In this document: positions 33,161-43,213 of the stretch, in pieces
Numbering within the stretch: the stretch's first letter is position 1
Layout of the letters: every line of letters starts with the position of its first letter
DNA from: Escherichia coli
GTDB taxonomy: Bacteria; Pseudomonadota; Gammaproteobacteria; Enterobacterales; Enterobacteriaceae
Length of the DNA stretch: 64,000 nt
Assembly: GCF_003018255.1 (NCBI RefSeq)
Contig: NZ_CP027440.1
Direction: 5' to 3' (one strand)
Notes under the pieces: generated by a model
The model's input: the letters and a program-made list of their open reading frames with translations, nothing else
Databases searched by the model: none
Told to the model about the DNA's origin: nothing
Position numbers and translations under genes: made by a program

Positions 33161-33966
33161 ACTTTTTCTACACCACGAAACGGCATGAAGAACGGCTTTC
33201 CCGTCAGAGGATTTATTGATGCGTGAACATCAACGTCAAAGACAGCTTTTACCAGCTCAGGCGTGCAATGCTCCCCCTCATTCAACACACGCACCACTTT
33301 CCCCTGGCGTAAAAATATCAACGTATCGCCATAATTGACGGCAAAATTCAGATCATGCAACACCACGACGACTGTACGCCCGTGATGACGCGTTAAATCA
33401 TGTAATAACTCAAGAATTTCAACCTGATAACGTAAATCAAGCCAGGTTGTGGGTTCATCCAGCAGGATATAAGGCGTCTTTTGCGCCAACACCATCGCAA
33501 TCCAGCAACGCTGGCGCTGCCCACCAGAGAGTTTTTCAACAGGTAAATGTGCAAACTCCTGCGTACCGGTTAATTTCAGGGCCTCTTCCACCGCCTGCTC
33601 ATCGGCGTCGCTCCATTGACGTATGAAATTTTGCCAGGGAAAACGCCCACGCGACACCAGTTCATAAACGGTTAAGCCCTCCGGCAATAATGGCGACTGC
33701 GGCAAGATCCCAAGTCTACGGGATAACGCTTTCGTTGGTTGCTCGTGAATCGCTTTGCCATCAAGCAATATCGAACCGCCCATAGGTTGCAAGATACGTG
33801 CAATGGTGCTGAGCAACGTCGACTTTCCACAGCCGTTTGCCCCAACCAGAACGGTCATTTTTTCTGTGGGAACGGAGAAAGAAACACCATCAACAATGAT
33901 CTTCTTGTGATACCCGGCAGAAACATTGTCGAGGATCAGCCCCTGCCCTTTTGCGTTATGTGCCAC
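33157..33966 (-). CDS. ABC transporter ATP-binding protein (FecE/FhuC-like), 269 aa
   Basis: Walker A GANGCGKST, ABC signature LSGGQRQR, Walker B ILLDEPT; GTG start. Confidence 0.88.
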   Translation of the reverse strand: MAHNAKGQGLILDNVSAGYHKKIIVDGVSFSVPTEKMTVLVGANGCGKSTLLSTIARILQPMGGSILLDGKAIHEQPTKALSRRLGILPQSPLLPEGLTVYELVSRGRFPWQNFIRQWSDADEQAVEEALKLTGTQEFAHLPVEKLSGGQRQRCWIAMVLAQKTPYILLDEPTTWLDLRYQVEILELLHDLTRHHGRTVVVVLHDLNFAVNYGDTLIFLRQGKVVRVLNEGEHCTPELVKAVFDVDVHASINPLTGKPFFMPFRGVEKV

Positions 33967-34220
33967 GTGTACGCCAACTTAATCAAAGACAAACAAAAAT
34001 AAAACTCATTCTCCTTTGAGAGTTTGACGCCACAAAATGTAGTAGTCAAGCAGTTAAAAGCCACACAAAAACAAGGTAAATAACAGGTAAAATATTTTTA
34101 TACATAAAAATAAAAACATTAAATATCAATAAATTAAAAGCAATCAAATTGTATAAGCCTTTCATAAAAACACATGTAGCAATTTTTTGTTATTTCTCAT
34201 TTACTACTACATTACTGCGT

Positions 34221-34240
34221 GATTGAATGATTCTCAATTA
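34221..34240 (+). promoter_or_regulatory. Putative Fur-box-like element upstream of the TonB-dependent receptor gene
   Basis: gattgaatgattctcaatta partially matches the Fur consensus, about 100 nt upstream of the receptor start within an AT-rich divergent promoter region; weak. Confidence 0.3.
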
Positions 34241-34339
34241 CATATCCGATGGCGAAATAACAAACGGATAGTGCTTAGTGAGCAATAAGAAACAATTTTC
34301 ACTCGCGACAATCCGCGAGTTTTTGGGATAACAGACTAA

Positions 34340-36481
34340 ATGGCTATGTTCACACCTTCATTCTCAGGACTCAAAGGTCGGGCGCTCTTTTCACTGCTTT
34401 TTGCGGCACCGATGATTCATGCAACAGACTCTGTAACGACCAAAGATGGCGAAACAATCACTGTTACAGCAGATGCAAATACCGCAACTGAGGCAACCGA
34501 TGGTTATCAACCTCTGAGCACCTCCACGGCGACATTAACCGATATGCCGATGCTGGATATCCCGCAGGTGGTCAATACGGTTAGCGATCAGGTTCTGGAA
34601 AACCAGAATGCGACGACGCTGGATGAGGCGCTTTATAACGTCAGTAACGTGGTACAGACCAATACATTAGGCGGGACTCAGGATGCTTTTGTACGCCGTG
34701 GGTTTGGCGCAAACCGGGATGGCTCCATCATGACCAACGGTCTGCGAACCGTACTTCCTCGCAGTTTCAACGCCGCCACAGAACGTGTGGAAGTGCTAAA
34801 AGGCCCGGCCTCCACGCTGTATGGCATTCTCGATCCTGGCGGACTGATTAACGTCGTGACCAAGCGCCCGGAAAAAACATTCCATGGTTCGGTTTCAGCC
34901 ACCTCCTCCAGTTTTGGTGGCGGCACTGGGCAACTTGATATCACAGGTCCCATTGAAGGCACTCAGCTGGCGTATCGCCTTACCGGGGAAGTGCAGGATG
35001 AAGATTACTGGCGAAACTTCGGTAAAGAGCGCAGTACATTTATTGCCCCGTCACTCACCTGGTTTGGTGATAATGCAACAGTAACCATGCTCTATTCCCA
35101 TCGGGACTATAAAACTCCGTTCGATCGTGGAACGATTTTCGACCTTACGACGAAACAGCCCGTAAACGTTGATCGAAAAATACGTTTTGACGAACCGTTT
35201 AATATTACAGATGGTCAGTCCGATCTGGCGCAACTCAACGCAGAATATCATCTCAATAGCCAGTGGACAGCGCGCTTTGATTACAGCTACAGCCAGGATA
35301 AATACAGCGATAATCAGGCGCGTGTTACCGCGTATGATGCAACGACAGGAACACTGACACGGCGTGTTGATGCAACTCAGGGATCTACCCAGCGTATGCA
35401 TGCTACTCGTGCGGATCTGCAAGGGAATGTTGATATTGCCGGATTCTATAATGAGATTCTGGGTGGGGTGTCATATGAATATTATGATCTTCTGCGTACA
35501 GATATGATTCGCTGTAAAAAAGCTAAAGATTTCAATATCTACAACCCTGTTTATGGTAATACCAGCAAATGTACAACGGTTTCGGCGTCGGACAGTGATC
35601 AGACGATCAAACAGGAGAGCTACTCAGCGTATGCACAGGACGCACTCTATCTGACCGATAACTGGATTGCCGTCGCCGGGATCCGCTATCAGTATTACAC
35701 GCAGTATGCGGGTAAAGGCCGTCCTTTTAATGTCAATACTGACAGCCGCGATGAACAATGGACTCCCAAACTGGGGTTGGTCTACAAACTGACGCCATCG
35801 GTATCCTTATTTGCCAATTATTCGCAAACATTTATGCCGCAGTCGTCAATTGCCAGCTACATTGGCGATCTTCCACCGGAATCATCTAATGCTTACGAAG
35901 TCGGGGCAAAATTCGAGCTATTCGATGGTATCACCGCAGATATTGCGCTGTTTGATATCCATAAACGTAATGTGTTGTATACCGAAAGTGTTGGTGATGA
36001 AACCATTGCCAAAACGGCAGGCCGTGTTCGTTCAAGAGGGGTAGAAGTCGACCTTGCGGGAGCATTAACTGAAAACATTAATATCATTGCCAGCTACGGC
36101 TATACCGATGCTAAGGTTCTGGAAGATCCTGATTATGCAGGTAAACCATTGCCGAATGTTCCTCGTCATACCGGTTCGCTATTCCTGACCTATGACATTC
36201 ATAACATGCCTGGCAATAACACACTGACGTTTGGCGGTGGTGGACATGGCGTAAGCCGTCGTTCGGCAACCAATGGGGCTGACTATTATCTGCCAGGCTA
36301 TTTTGTTGCCGATGCCTTCGCCGCATACAAAATGAAATTGCAGTATCCGGTCACACTGCAATTAAACGTCAAAAACCTGTTTGATAAAACGTATTACACC
36401 TCTTCCATCGCCACAAATAATCTGGGGAATCAGATTGGCGATCCGCGTGAAGTGCAATTCACGGTGAAAATGGAATTTTGA
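34340..36481 (+). CDS. TonB-dependent outer-membrane siderophore-type receptor (713 aa)
   Basis: Signal peptide, TonB-box-like ETITVTA, plug and barrel sequence blocks, C-terminal aromatic residue (..VKMEF); divergent from the ABC importer operon (arrangement resembles fit-type iron uptake loci; symbol not assigned). Confidence 0.9.
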   Translation: MAMFTPSFSGLKGRALFSLLFAAPMIHATDSVTTKDGETITVTADANTATEATDGYQPLSTSTATLTDMPMLDIPQVVNTVSDQVLENQNATTLDEALYNVSNVVQTNTLGGTQDAFVRRGFGANRDGSIMTNGLRTVLPRSFNAATERVEVLKGPASTLYGILDPGGLINVVTKRPEKTFHGSVSATSSSFGGGTGQLDITGPIEGTQLAYRLTGEVQDEDYWRNFGKERSTFIAPSLTWFGDNATVTMLYSHRDYKTPFDRGTIFDLTTKQPVNVDRKIRFDEPFNITDGQSDLAQLNAEYHLNSQWTARFDYSYSQDKYSDNQARVTAYDATTGTLTRRVDATQGSTQRMHATRADLQGNVDIAGFYNEILGGVSYEYYDLLRTDMIRCKKAKDFNIYNPVYGNTSKCTTVSASDSDQTIKQESYSAYAQDALYLTDNWIAVAGIRYQYYTQYAGKGRPFNVNTDSRDEQWTPKLGLVYKLTPSVSLFANYSQTFMPQSSIASYIGDLPPESSNAYEVGAKFELFDGITADIALFDIHKRNVLYTESVGDETIAKTAGRVRSRGVEVDLAGALTENINIIASYGYTDAKVLEDPDYAGKPLPNVPRHTGSLFLTYDIHNMPGNNTLTFGGGGHGVSRRSATNGADYYLPGYFVADAFAAYKMKLQYPVTLQLNVKNLFDKTYYTSSIATNNLGNQIGDPREVQFTVKMEF

Positions 36482-36483
36482 TC

Positions 36484-36509
36484 AAAAAAGCCCGGTATGT
36501 TTACCGGGC
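36484..36509. terminator. Bidirectional terminator between receptor gene and GPH symporter gene
   Basis: Seen in sequence: A-run, then gcccggta-tgtt-taccgggc hairpin (T-run on the minus strand). Confidence 0.5.
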
Positions 36510-36588
36510 TGAGACTGATGACAAACTCCAAATTGTCTGATGCGCTACGCCCATCAGATCTACCATAGAAATTCAATATATTAAATTT

Positions 36589-37920
36589 TCATATATTTTT
36601 AGGCTGTAAACACACCTTAATCTGTTCGTAATATTCATTATTAATCAGATAAAATCTCATGATGAGTCCGGTAATCAGGTTAAGTATCGCGGGAATGATC
36701 GTCATTAACAGGCAGATCCCCCACAACGCCTGTGGTGTTTGTTCTACGCCAGGTTGATAGTCCATAAACGCTAAAGCGATTCCGATAAACCCTCCCGCCA
36801 GTCCCATACCAAACTTTTGAAAAAAGAGAATCCCGCCAAATGCCAGTCCAGAAACACGTTGCCCCGTTTTCATTTCACCATAATCCACTGACTCAGCAAT
36901 GGATGCCCAATAAATGGGAAGCTGAATATCAGTCAGAAAGGTCACCACAATATAAAATGTAAAAGCTAACACTATAGAATTTGGTTGCACGAAATACATC
37001 GCACCACCCACCACGAACGCCAGTAATTGGGTATAACGAAATATTTTTATTTTGTCGTAGAGTCGAGTAAGCCAGGTGCAAGCGATCATAGCCAGAACAG
37101 AGGCGATCACGCCTGAAGTTAAAAACGGTGAAATTAAAGCATCCCCACCATTCAGGTAATATTTTGCATAATATGCAGCGACAGAGTTACGAATAATCCC
37201 GCCAAACATAATGATCGCAATTACAGCGCCCAAAATGAGCCATTGATCATTTTTGATCAGTAACCGAAACTGCGCGGCCATACCGAGACTGGGTTTTGGA
37301 TGGTAGATGCGCTCTCTCACGCTAAAAAAACAATACAGGCATAAACACGTTGCCAGAATTCCCATTGCCCCCATTGCTATTTGATAACCCAGTTGTACGT
37401 TATTCTTCCCAAGATACATTGCAGATAAAGGAACAATAATTGTTACGGCGAACATGGCAATTTTTGTCATAACAAAACGATAACCATTGGCGCTCAATCG
37501 CTCTTGTGGATCATCCGTGATAACGCTGATTAATGAAACATAAGGAATAGCGATTAACGTATAGGTCAAGGTAAGTAACACATAGGTAGCCCAAGCCCAT
37601 AAAAGCTTAACTGAATAATCGGTATTAGGTGTGGTGAACATCAACCAAATGCTTATCCCAAACGGTATTGACATAAAAAGCAACCACGGCCGATATTTTC
37701 CCCAACGTGTATTCGTTCTGTCTGTCATTGTTCCCACAACTGGATCAATCACAGCATCAAGGATACGTACAGAAAATAACAGAATACCTAAGTCGACGGG
37801 TTTCAGACCAAATACATCCGTGTAAAAATAAGTGATGATCATGGCCAAAGACATCATTACTATCGCGATAGCCATATCACCAGCACCAAAACCTATCTTT
37901 TCATTTATTGTAAGTTTCAT
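36589..37920 (-). CDS. MFS/GPH-family glycoside-pentoside-hexuronide:cation symporter (about 443 aa)
   Basis: 12-TM-like hydrophobic profile with MelB/GPH-like N-terminal region (GFGAGDMA, DxxxDPxxG-like DAVIDPVVGTMTDR); start set at the ATG for MKLTINEK. Confidence 0.8.
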   Translation of the reverse strand: MKLTINEKIGFGAGDMAIAIVMMSLAMIITYFYTDVFGLKPVDLGILLFSVRILDAVIDPVVGTMTDRTNTRWGKYRPWLLFMSIPFGISIWLMFTTPNTDYSVKLLWAWATYVLLTLTYTLIAIPYVSLISVITDDPQERLSANGYRFVMTKIAMFAVTIIVPLSAMYLGKNNVQLGYQIAMGAMGILATCLCLYCFFSVRERIYHPKPSLGMAAQFRLLIKNDQWLILGAVIAIIMFGGIIRNSVAAYYAKYYLNGGDALISPFLTSGVIASVLAMIACTWLTRLYDKIKIFRYTQLLAFVVGGAMYFVQPNSIVLAFTFYIVVTFLTDIQLPIYWASIAESVDYGEMKTGQRVSGLAFGGILFFQKFGMGLAGGFIGIALAFMDYQPGVEQTPQALWGICLLMTIIPAILNLITGLIMRFYLINNEYYEQIKVCLQPKNI

Positions 37921-38206
37921 ACACAGCACTCATTGATTACGTGAACTTATATTAAAAACAAATATATCTGAACTCATTCAGCACATAACTTTACGAGTGA
38001 GCATAAATGCATTGGTTGATACCACAACAAACCATTGAGTCAATATTGAGCAACATCACATAAAAACCAATTTCACTTAATCTCATGATTTATATATTTA
38101 ATTGTGGTTTTTTCTGTTTTATGTCACAGATAGTGAACAAGCACCATGCGTAATAAAAGTTAAAGAATGTAGAGTTGGTATCAACCACTTGAAATGAGGC
38201 TTTGTC

Positions 38207-38959
38207 ATGATAAAAATTTATAAAGCCAGTAAAGGTCAGCTAAAGCATCGTGAAATCTTTGATGAAATAAAGAAAAAAGTAGATAACGGTGAATGGAAAG
38301 AAGGCAAAGCCATACCGACAGAAAGGGAATTGTCAGAATATTATTTAAGTAGCAGAACAACTATTCGAAAGGCAATAGAAAGTCTTAAACAACGCGGCTA
38401 CCTGCATAGTGTCCACGGGCAAGGAACATTTGTATTGCCTTCTCGTAGTAGAGAAAATCATTTATTGCATAGTTTTACCGACGATATTAAAGCTCGAGGT
38501 GGTATACCAGCACAGAATATTCTTGAGATAGGCTATGTTCCTGTCAGTGATGTTATCAGAAAAAATCTCGACCTGGATATCCATATCCAAACCGTATTCT
38601 GTATAAAACGCGTTCGCTATATGGGAAGTACCCCCCTGGGTATTCAGACATCATGGCTTGCATTAAATGACAGGCAAGAAATAACCCAAGAAGATCTGCT
38701 GGCGACGGGTTCGCTCTATATTTTACTGGAAGAAAAACTCGCTATTAAACCTTTAGAAGCAACAGAAATTATCTCTGCCCGGCTTCCCTCGCCCCTTGAG
38801 CGTCAATTACTGGAACTGACTGCCGATGATGTCGTATTAAGTTGTACCCGCGTCACGTTATCCGTGGAACGCAAACCAATGGAGTATGTAGAGATGGTGT
38901 ATCCCGCAAGCCGGTACTCCTACAAAGCACGAATTACAAAAGACAGTTTTAGCGTGTAA
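38207..38959 (+). CDS. GntR/HutC-family transcriptional regulator with UTRA effector domain (250 aa)
   Basis: N-terminal GntR winged HTH (PTERELSEYYLSSRTTIRKAIESL) and a C-terminal domain of UTRA length. Confidence 0.85.
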   Translation: MIKIYKASKGQLKHREIFDEIKKKVDNGEWKEGKAIPTERELSEYYLSSRTTIRKAIESLKQRGYLHSVHGQGTFVLPSRSRENHLLHSFTDDIKARGGIPAQNILEIGYVPVSDVIRKNLDLDIHIQTVFCIKRVRYMGSTPLGIQTSWLALNDRQEITQEDLLATGSLYILLEEKLAIKPLEATEIISARLPSPLERQLLELTADDVVLSCTRVTLSVERKPMEYVEMVYPASRYSYKARITKDSFSV

Positions 38960-38972
38960 CAGAGAGAATATT

Positions 38973-40049
38973 GTGAACAAAATAGAACAAGCTGTAATTT
39001 ATAACAAAATATTAGGTTCTTTAGCCTGCGCAGGTATGGGCGATGCATTAGGCGCAGCGACTGAACTCTACAGCATTGATGAAATAAAAGCTCAATGGGG
39101 AGGTTTTTTAAATGCCTTTGTTTCTCCTCCTGCCGATACATTCGCTGGCTCATTAAATGGTATTGCGGGACTTATCACCGACGATTCCAGCCAAATGTAT
39201 GTGTTTTCAGAAGGGTTAATTGAGGCTGGATTTGATAACTTCACCAATAATGACTGGTTAGCTTGTCTTCTGCGTTGGGCCGATATGCAGCCCTACGCAA
39301 ATTATAAAGGCCCCACAACAGAACAAATCGTCAAGGCACTAAAAGAAGGTAGACCAACAAACACCATTGGGCGTATTGGAACATCTTCTCGTCAGGCACC
39401 CAATGTCGGCACCACGAATGGAGCAGGAATGCGTGTAGCCCCTGCAGGATTGATCTGGCCAGGCAAGAAAGAAAAAGCGTGTCACCTGGCGCTAATAACT
39501 TGCCTACCTTCGCATGACACCAATATTGCGATTGCCAGCGCTTGCGCCATCGCTGCGGCGACATCACAAGCTATGTTACCAGAAGCTTCGCTCACATCAT
39601 TACTGGACGCCGCAATCTGGGGAGCGAATTACGGCGAACGCCTGGCCAAACAATATGCACGATGTGTCGCAGGGCCATCTATCGCCATGCGCATCCAACT
39701 TGCAGCGGACATCGCCAGACGAGCCAATGACCTGGAGTCTTGTCTGCGAGAAATGGAAGGTTTGGTTGGTAACTCTGTTGCCGCCCATGAATCCATTCCT
39801 GCGGCAATCGGTCTATTGCTGTACTGCAAAGGAGAACCCTGGGAAACCATTCATGCCTGCGCCAATATTGGCAATGACACCGATAGCATCGCTACGATGG
39901 CAGGCGCAATTGCAGGGGCATGGCGCGGTTTTGATGCGCTCCCTGAAGATAAATATGCCTTTTTCCGCGCCGTAAATAATAAAGATTTCGATATTGAAGC
40001 GATCGCATCGGGTCTGACATTGCTTGCATTAGAGGCACAGGAGAAATAA
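38973..40049 (+). CDS. ADP-ribosylglycohydrolase (ARH/DraG) family protein (358 aa)
   Basis: N-terminal GSLACAGMGDALGAATE and C-terminal NIGNDTDSIATMAGAIAGAW blocks match the two conserved ARH-family metal-binding regions. Confidence 0.8.
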   Translation: MNKIEQAVIYNKILGSLACAGMGDALGAATELYSIDEIKAQWGGFLNAFVSPPADTFAGSLNGIAGLITDDSSQMYVFSEGLIEAGFDNFTNNDWLACLLRWADMQPYANYKGPTTEQIVKALKEGRPTNTIGRIGTSSRQAPNVGTTNGAGMRVAPAGLIWPGKKEKACHLALITCLPSHDTNIAIASACAIAAATSQAMLPEASLTSLLDAAIWGANYGERLAKQYARCVAGPSIAMRIQLAADIARRANDLESCLREMEGLVGNSVAAHESIPAAIGLLLYCKGEPWETIHACANIGNDTDSIATMAGAIAGAWRGFDALPEDKYAFFRAVNNKDFDIEAIASGLTLLALEAQEK

Positions 40050-41047
40050 TGAACATGCCAGCCCGTACTCCTGTTATGCCATTAGCGCAAACTCGTGAGG
40101 AGATAAATGCTACGGCGGCATCGTTACGCCATTTGGCAGCTATCTGGGGTGAATGTTTTTCTACTTTTCAGCTCGATAAACGTGCTGTTGAACGCGTCTG
40201 TATAGTGGGATCGGGCGACTCCTGGACGGTGGCACTATGTGCCGCCGCCTGGCTGGGGAAATACACACATCTGTTTTGTTACGCATTGCAAACGTGGGAT
40301 TTTCTTCAGACTGATTTAACCCGTTATCAGAAAGAAACGTTAATCATTATTCTCAGTGCAAGTGGCAGACCATCAATGACCGTTGACGCCCTCTGCCACG
40401 CAGTATGCTCAAACGCGCAAGTGCTGGGTGTGACGAATTGCCCTGGAACACCATTTTGCGCAATAACAGAAAACATGCTCTATACATGGGCGAATAAGCA
40501 GGGTATTCCAACGCAAAGTAGTAGCGTCACACTTTATGCCCTCCTGCGCTTAGCGCAAAAATTATGTCCAGGCTTAACACCACTGCAGATTGAAGATGAT
40601 TTGGAAGGGAAATTTAGCCAGATTAATCAGCACTGGCAGCAAAAGAAGCGCCATTTTTACCAACAAAAAGAGATAACGTTTCTTGGGAGTGGCTTAAGTT
40701 GGGGACTGGCAATATCGGGGAGCAATTTACTTTCTTGCGGCCCACAGATTCGTGCGACAGCCCTTCCACTGGAAGAATTTTATCATTCATTACGCTTACA
40801 TCAGGCTGGTGTCGGTCAGCATTATATTTTACTACCAGCCACATCCTGCGAGTCCCCATTTTACCTTGCAACCCAAAAAGCAATTGTTGAACAGGGAGCG
40901 ACAGCAGAATTAATCAGTTTTATACCTGACGCCAGTGAGTCCAACAATTTATTTCTGGTCATGCAGTGGTTATATGAAATGTGCTGGAATTTAAGTTGTG
41001 ATTATGTCGACGCAGGCGGGCAACGCGTTAGCCATAGGGAGAAATAA
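40049..41047 (+). CDS. Double-SIS-domain sugar-phosphate isomerase/deglycase-like protein (FrlB/AgaS-like), 332 aa
   Basis: Two SIS-like segments (VCIVGSGDSW...IIILSASGRPSMTVDA and ITFLGSGLSWGLA...); its start overlaps the ARH stop by 1 nt (TAATG). Confidence 0.72.
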   Translation: MNMPARTPVMPLAQTREEINATAASLRHLAAIWGECFSTFQLDKRAVERVCIVGSGDSWTVALCAAAWLGKYTHLFCYALQTWDFLQTDLTRYQKETLIIILSASGRPSMTVDALCHAVCSNAQVLGVTNCPGTPFCAITENMLYTWANKQGIPTQSSSVTLYALLRLAQKLCPGLTPLQIEDDLEGKFSQINQHWQQKKRHFYQQKEITFLGSGLSWGLAISGSNLLSCGPQIRATALPLEEFYHSLRLHQAGVGQHYILLPATSCESPFYLATQKAIVEQGATAELISFIPDASESNNLFLVMQWLYEMCWNLSCDYVDAGGQRVSHREK

Positions 41048-41051
41048 GACT

Positions 41052-41966
41052 ATGAAGAAATTTGATGTCGCCGCTTTAGGCAGTGGAAATATAGATATTT
41101 TTTTATCTATCCCGTCACTCCCCACTCGTGGCGGTAAAGTTGTCGGGACACGTCTGGGTGAACAAGCTGGCGGCACAGTCGCCAACAGTGCCTGTGCGAT
41201 GGGACAACTGGGTCTCAATGTGGTATCTGTTTCATGTGTGGGCAATGATCATTCAGCCTCGATCATTCTTGATGGATTTAAAAAATATCATGTAAATTGT
41301 GATTTCGTTCAGGTAATTCCGGAATTGATTGCCAATACCGCGATTATCTTTATTGATGAATTAGGTGAAAAAACGTTGGTTTACTCGCCTGGTAGTGATC
41401 ATGAGTGGGATAAAGAAAAAGCCCTGCAGGCAATTGCGCAAAGCCGTTATTTTTATACGATGCCAGCAGATATCGAGAAATTTCGTATGCTGGCCGAATA
41501 TTCCCGTAGCCAGATGACAAAAGTTGTCGTTGATATTGAGCCTCATATCATTGCAACACCTGAACACCTTGCCAGAATTTTACACCTTGCTGATATTGCG
41601 ATATTTAATTATGACGGTTTTATTCGTGGCTATGCAACAGAGCCAGATTTTACACTTCTGCATGATATACAAGACGAGTATCAACTTGACGCTGTCGTGG
41701 TTACGCTGGATGTTAGGGGAGTAATTGCAGTCAAAGGCAATGAGCAAGTAAAAATAGGTAGTTATACAATTCCCGTTATTGATACCACAGGCGCTGGAGA
41801 TACTTTTAATGGTGCATTTGTTTATAGCTTAATAAAAAATATGCCCTTAATTGAAGCACTAAAATTTGCTTCTGCCACAGCAGCAATAAATATTACTGCA
41901 TTAGGTGCCAGAGGTCATCTGCCGACACCATCGGAGGTTAATCTTTTTCTTTCACAACACGACTAA
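41052..41966 (+). CDS. PfkB-family carbohydrate kinase (ribokinase-like), about 304 aa
   Basis: PfkB signature DTTGAGDTFNGAF near the C-terminus and a glycine-rich N-terminal lid; start set at MKKFDVAALGSG, 5 nt after the SIS stop. Confidence 0.85.
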   Translation: MKKFDVAALGSGNIDIFLSIPSLPTRGGKVVGTRLGEQAGGTVANSACAMGQLGLNVVSVSCVGNDHSASIILDGFKKYHVNCDFVQVIPELIANTAIIFIDELGEKTLVYSPGSDHEWDKEKALQAIAQSRYFYTMPADIEKFRMLAEYSRSQMTKVVVDIEPHIIATPEHLARILHLADIAIFNYDGFIRGYATEPDFTLLHDIQDEYQLDAVVVTLDVRGVIAVKGNEQVKIGSYTIPVIDTTGAGDTFNGAFVYSLIKNMPLIEALKFASATAAINITALGARGHLPTPSEVNLFLSQHD

Positions 41967-41993
41967 AATCATATATATACAAAGGTAAATATC

Positions 41994-43118
41994 ATGAAAA
42001 TAAGATATGCCGCTATTTTTCTGGCATTACCGCTGTTATGCACAACAGCGCAGGCAAACAGTTTTCTTCATTATGCTGGGGAGTTTAACTTCCGGACGGG
42101 AGAAAAGCAGAACAATGTCACAATCGCGGGGCTATCAGCCATCACATTTGATGCAAAAAAAAATATTTTCTATGCTATTAACGATAGCAGAAACAATAAT
42201 AAAGAAGGAGATGCCAGTCTTTATACACTAAAAATACAGGTATCATCCAGGGGCATTGAGCAAGTGAATTTTCTCAACCAGCGTCCACTGCTTGATGCAA
42301 AACAGCAACCTTTCGTGACCAATACGGTGGATGCCGAAGGTCTGGCCCTGACACACAATGGTAAATCATTACTCTGGAGTTCGGAGTTAGGTGCTCCACT
42401 GCGTCTGAGCACTCTCGATGGCGTAATGGAGAAAGATTTTACGTCTTTATTTCCTGCTCGCTTTAATATTAGTTCTGACAAAGAGAGCAGCAATGGTATT
42501 CGCAGCGGCAACGCCTGGGAGGGCCTGACAGTTACACCAGATGGAAAATCACTTTTTATCGCCGTTGAAAGCAGCCTTAAACAGGATGGGCCTATTGCAA
42601 GTCCAATAAATTCAGGCACATCACGCTTACTGCAATTTTCTATAGATGCAGACGGTCGACCTTCAAAGCAATTGCATGAATATCTCTATATTACTGATCC
42701 TGTTCCGCAAGTGAGTAAGTTCGGTATTAATGATAATGGCGTATCCGAGGTCATGGCGCTGAATGATCACCAATTGTTGGTCATCGAACGTTCCGGCAGA
42801 AACGTCAGTGCTGGGTTCAATGACTGGGATTACTCTGTCAGAGTTTATATGGTCGATTTAACTGCTGCCAGCGATATCAAGAATATTGACAGTCTGCAAG
42901 ATTGGTCCAATAAATCCACGTTACAACCCGTCAGTAAAAAATTATTAATTGATTTTGCTGATTACACTTCCTCTGCGGATTGTATTGAAGGGGTAACCTT
43001 CGGTCCTCTGATTGATGGGCATACATCGTTAATATTTGTATCTGATAATAATTTCCAGCCCCATCAACAGACGAAATTTTATCTATTCATTGATAAGGAA
43101 AACAAACTTAAAATTTAA
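41994..43118 (+). CDS. Secreted beta-propeller phytase-like / esterase-like protein (374 aa) with signal peptide
   Basis: Signal peptide MKIRYAAIFLALPLLCTTAQA; repeated EGLxxTxDGKSLFIAxE and IEGVT blocks resembling beta-propeller phytase-like proteins; family assignment is tentative. Confidence 0.5.
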   Translation: MKIRYAAIFLALPLLCTTAQANSFLHYAGEFNFRTGEKQNNVTIAGLSAITFDAKKNIFYAINDSRNNNKEGDASLYTLKIQVSSRGIEQVNFLNQRPLLDAKQQPFVTNTVDAEGLALTHNGKSLLWSSELGAPLRLSTLDGVMEKDFTSLFPARFNISSDKESSNGIRSGNAWEGLTVTPDGKSLFIAVESSLKQDGPIASPINSGTSRLLQFSIDADGRPSKQLHEYLYITDPVPQVSKFGINDNGVSEVMALNDHQLLVIERSGRNVSAGFNDWDYSVRVYMVDLTAASDIKNIDSLQDWSNKSTLQPVSKKLLIDFADYTSSADCIEGVTFGPLIDGHTSLIFVSDNNFQPHQQTKFYLFIDKENKLKI

Positions 43119-43213
43119 AGTCAAACTATAGATACAAAAACATTCTAATACATGGAATCATCAGATGGTGTATTCGATCACCAAAAATATATTTTATTCT
43201 GAAAGGGAATATT

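Noticed and set aside
34340-36481. Assigning the TonB-dependent receptor to a specific named siderophore or heme system
   Set aside because: Sequence alone supports only the TonB-dependent receptor family; substrate cannot be inferred without database comparison.
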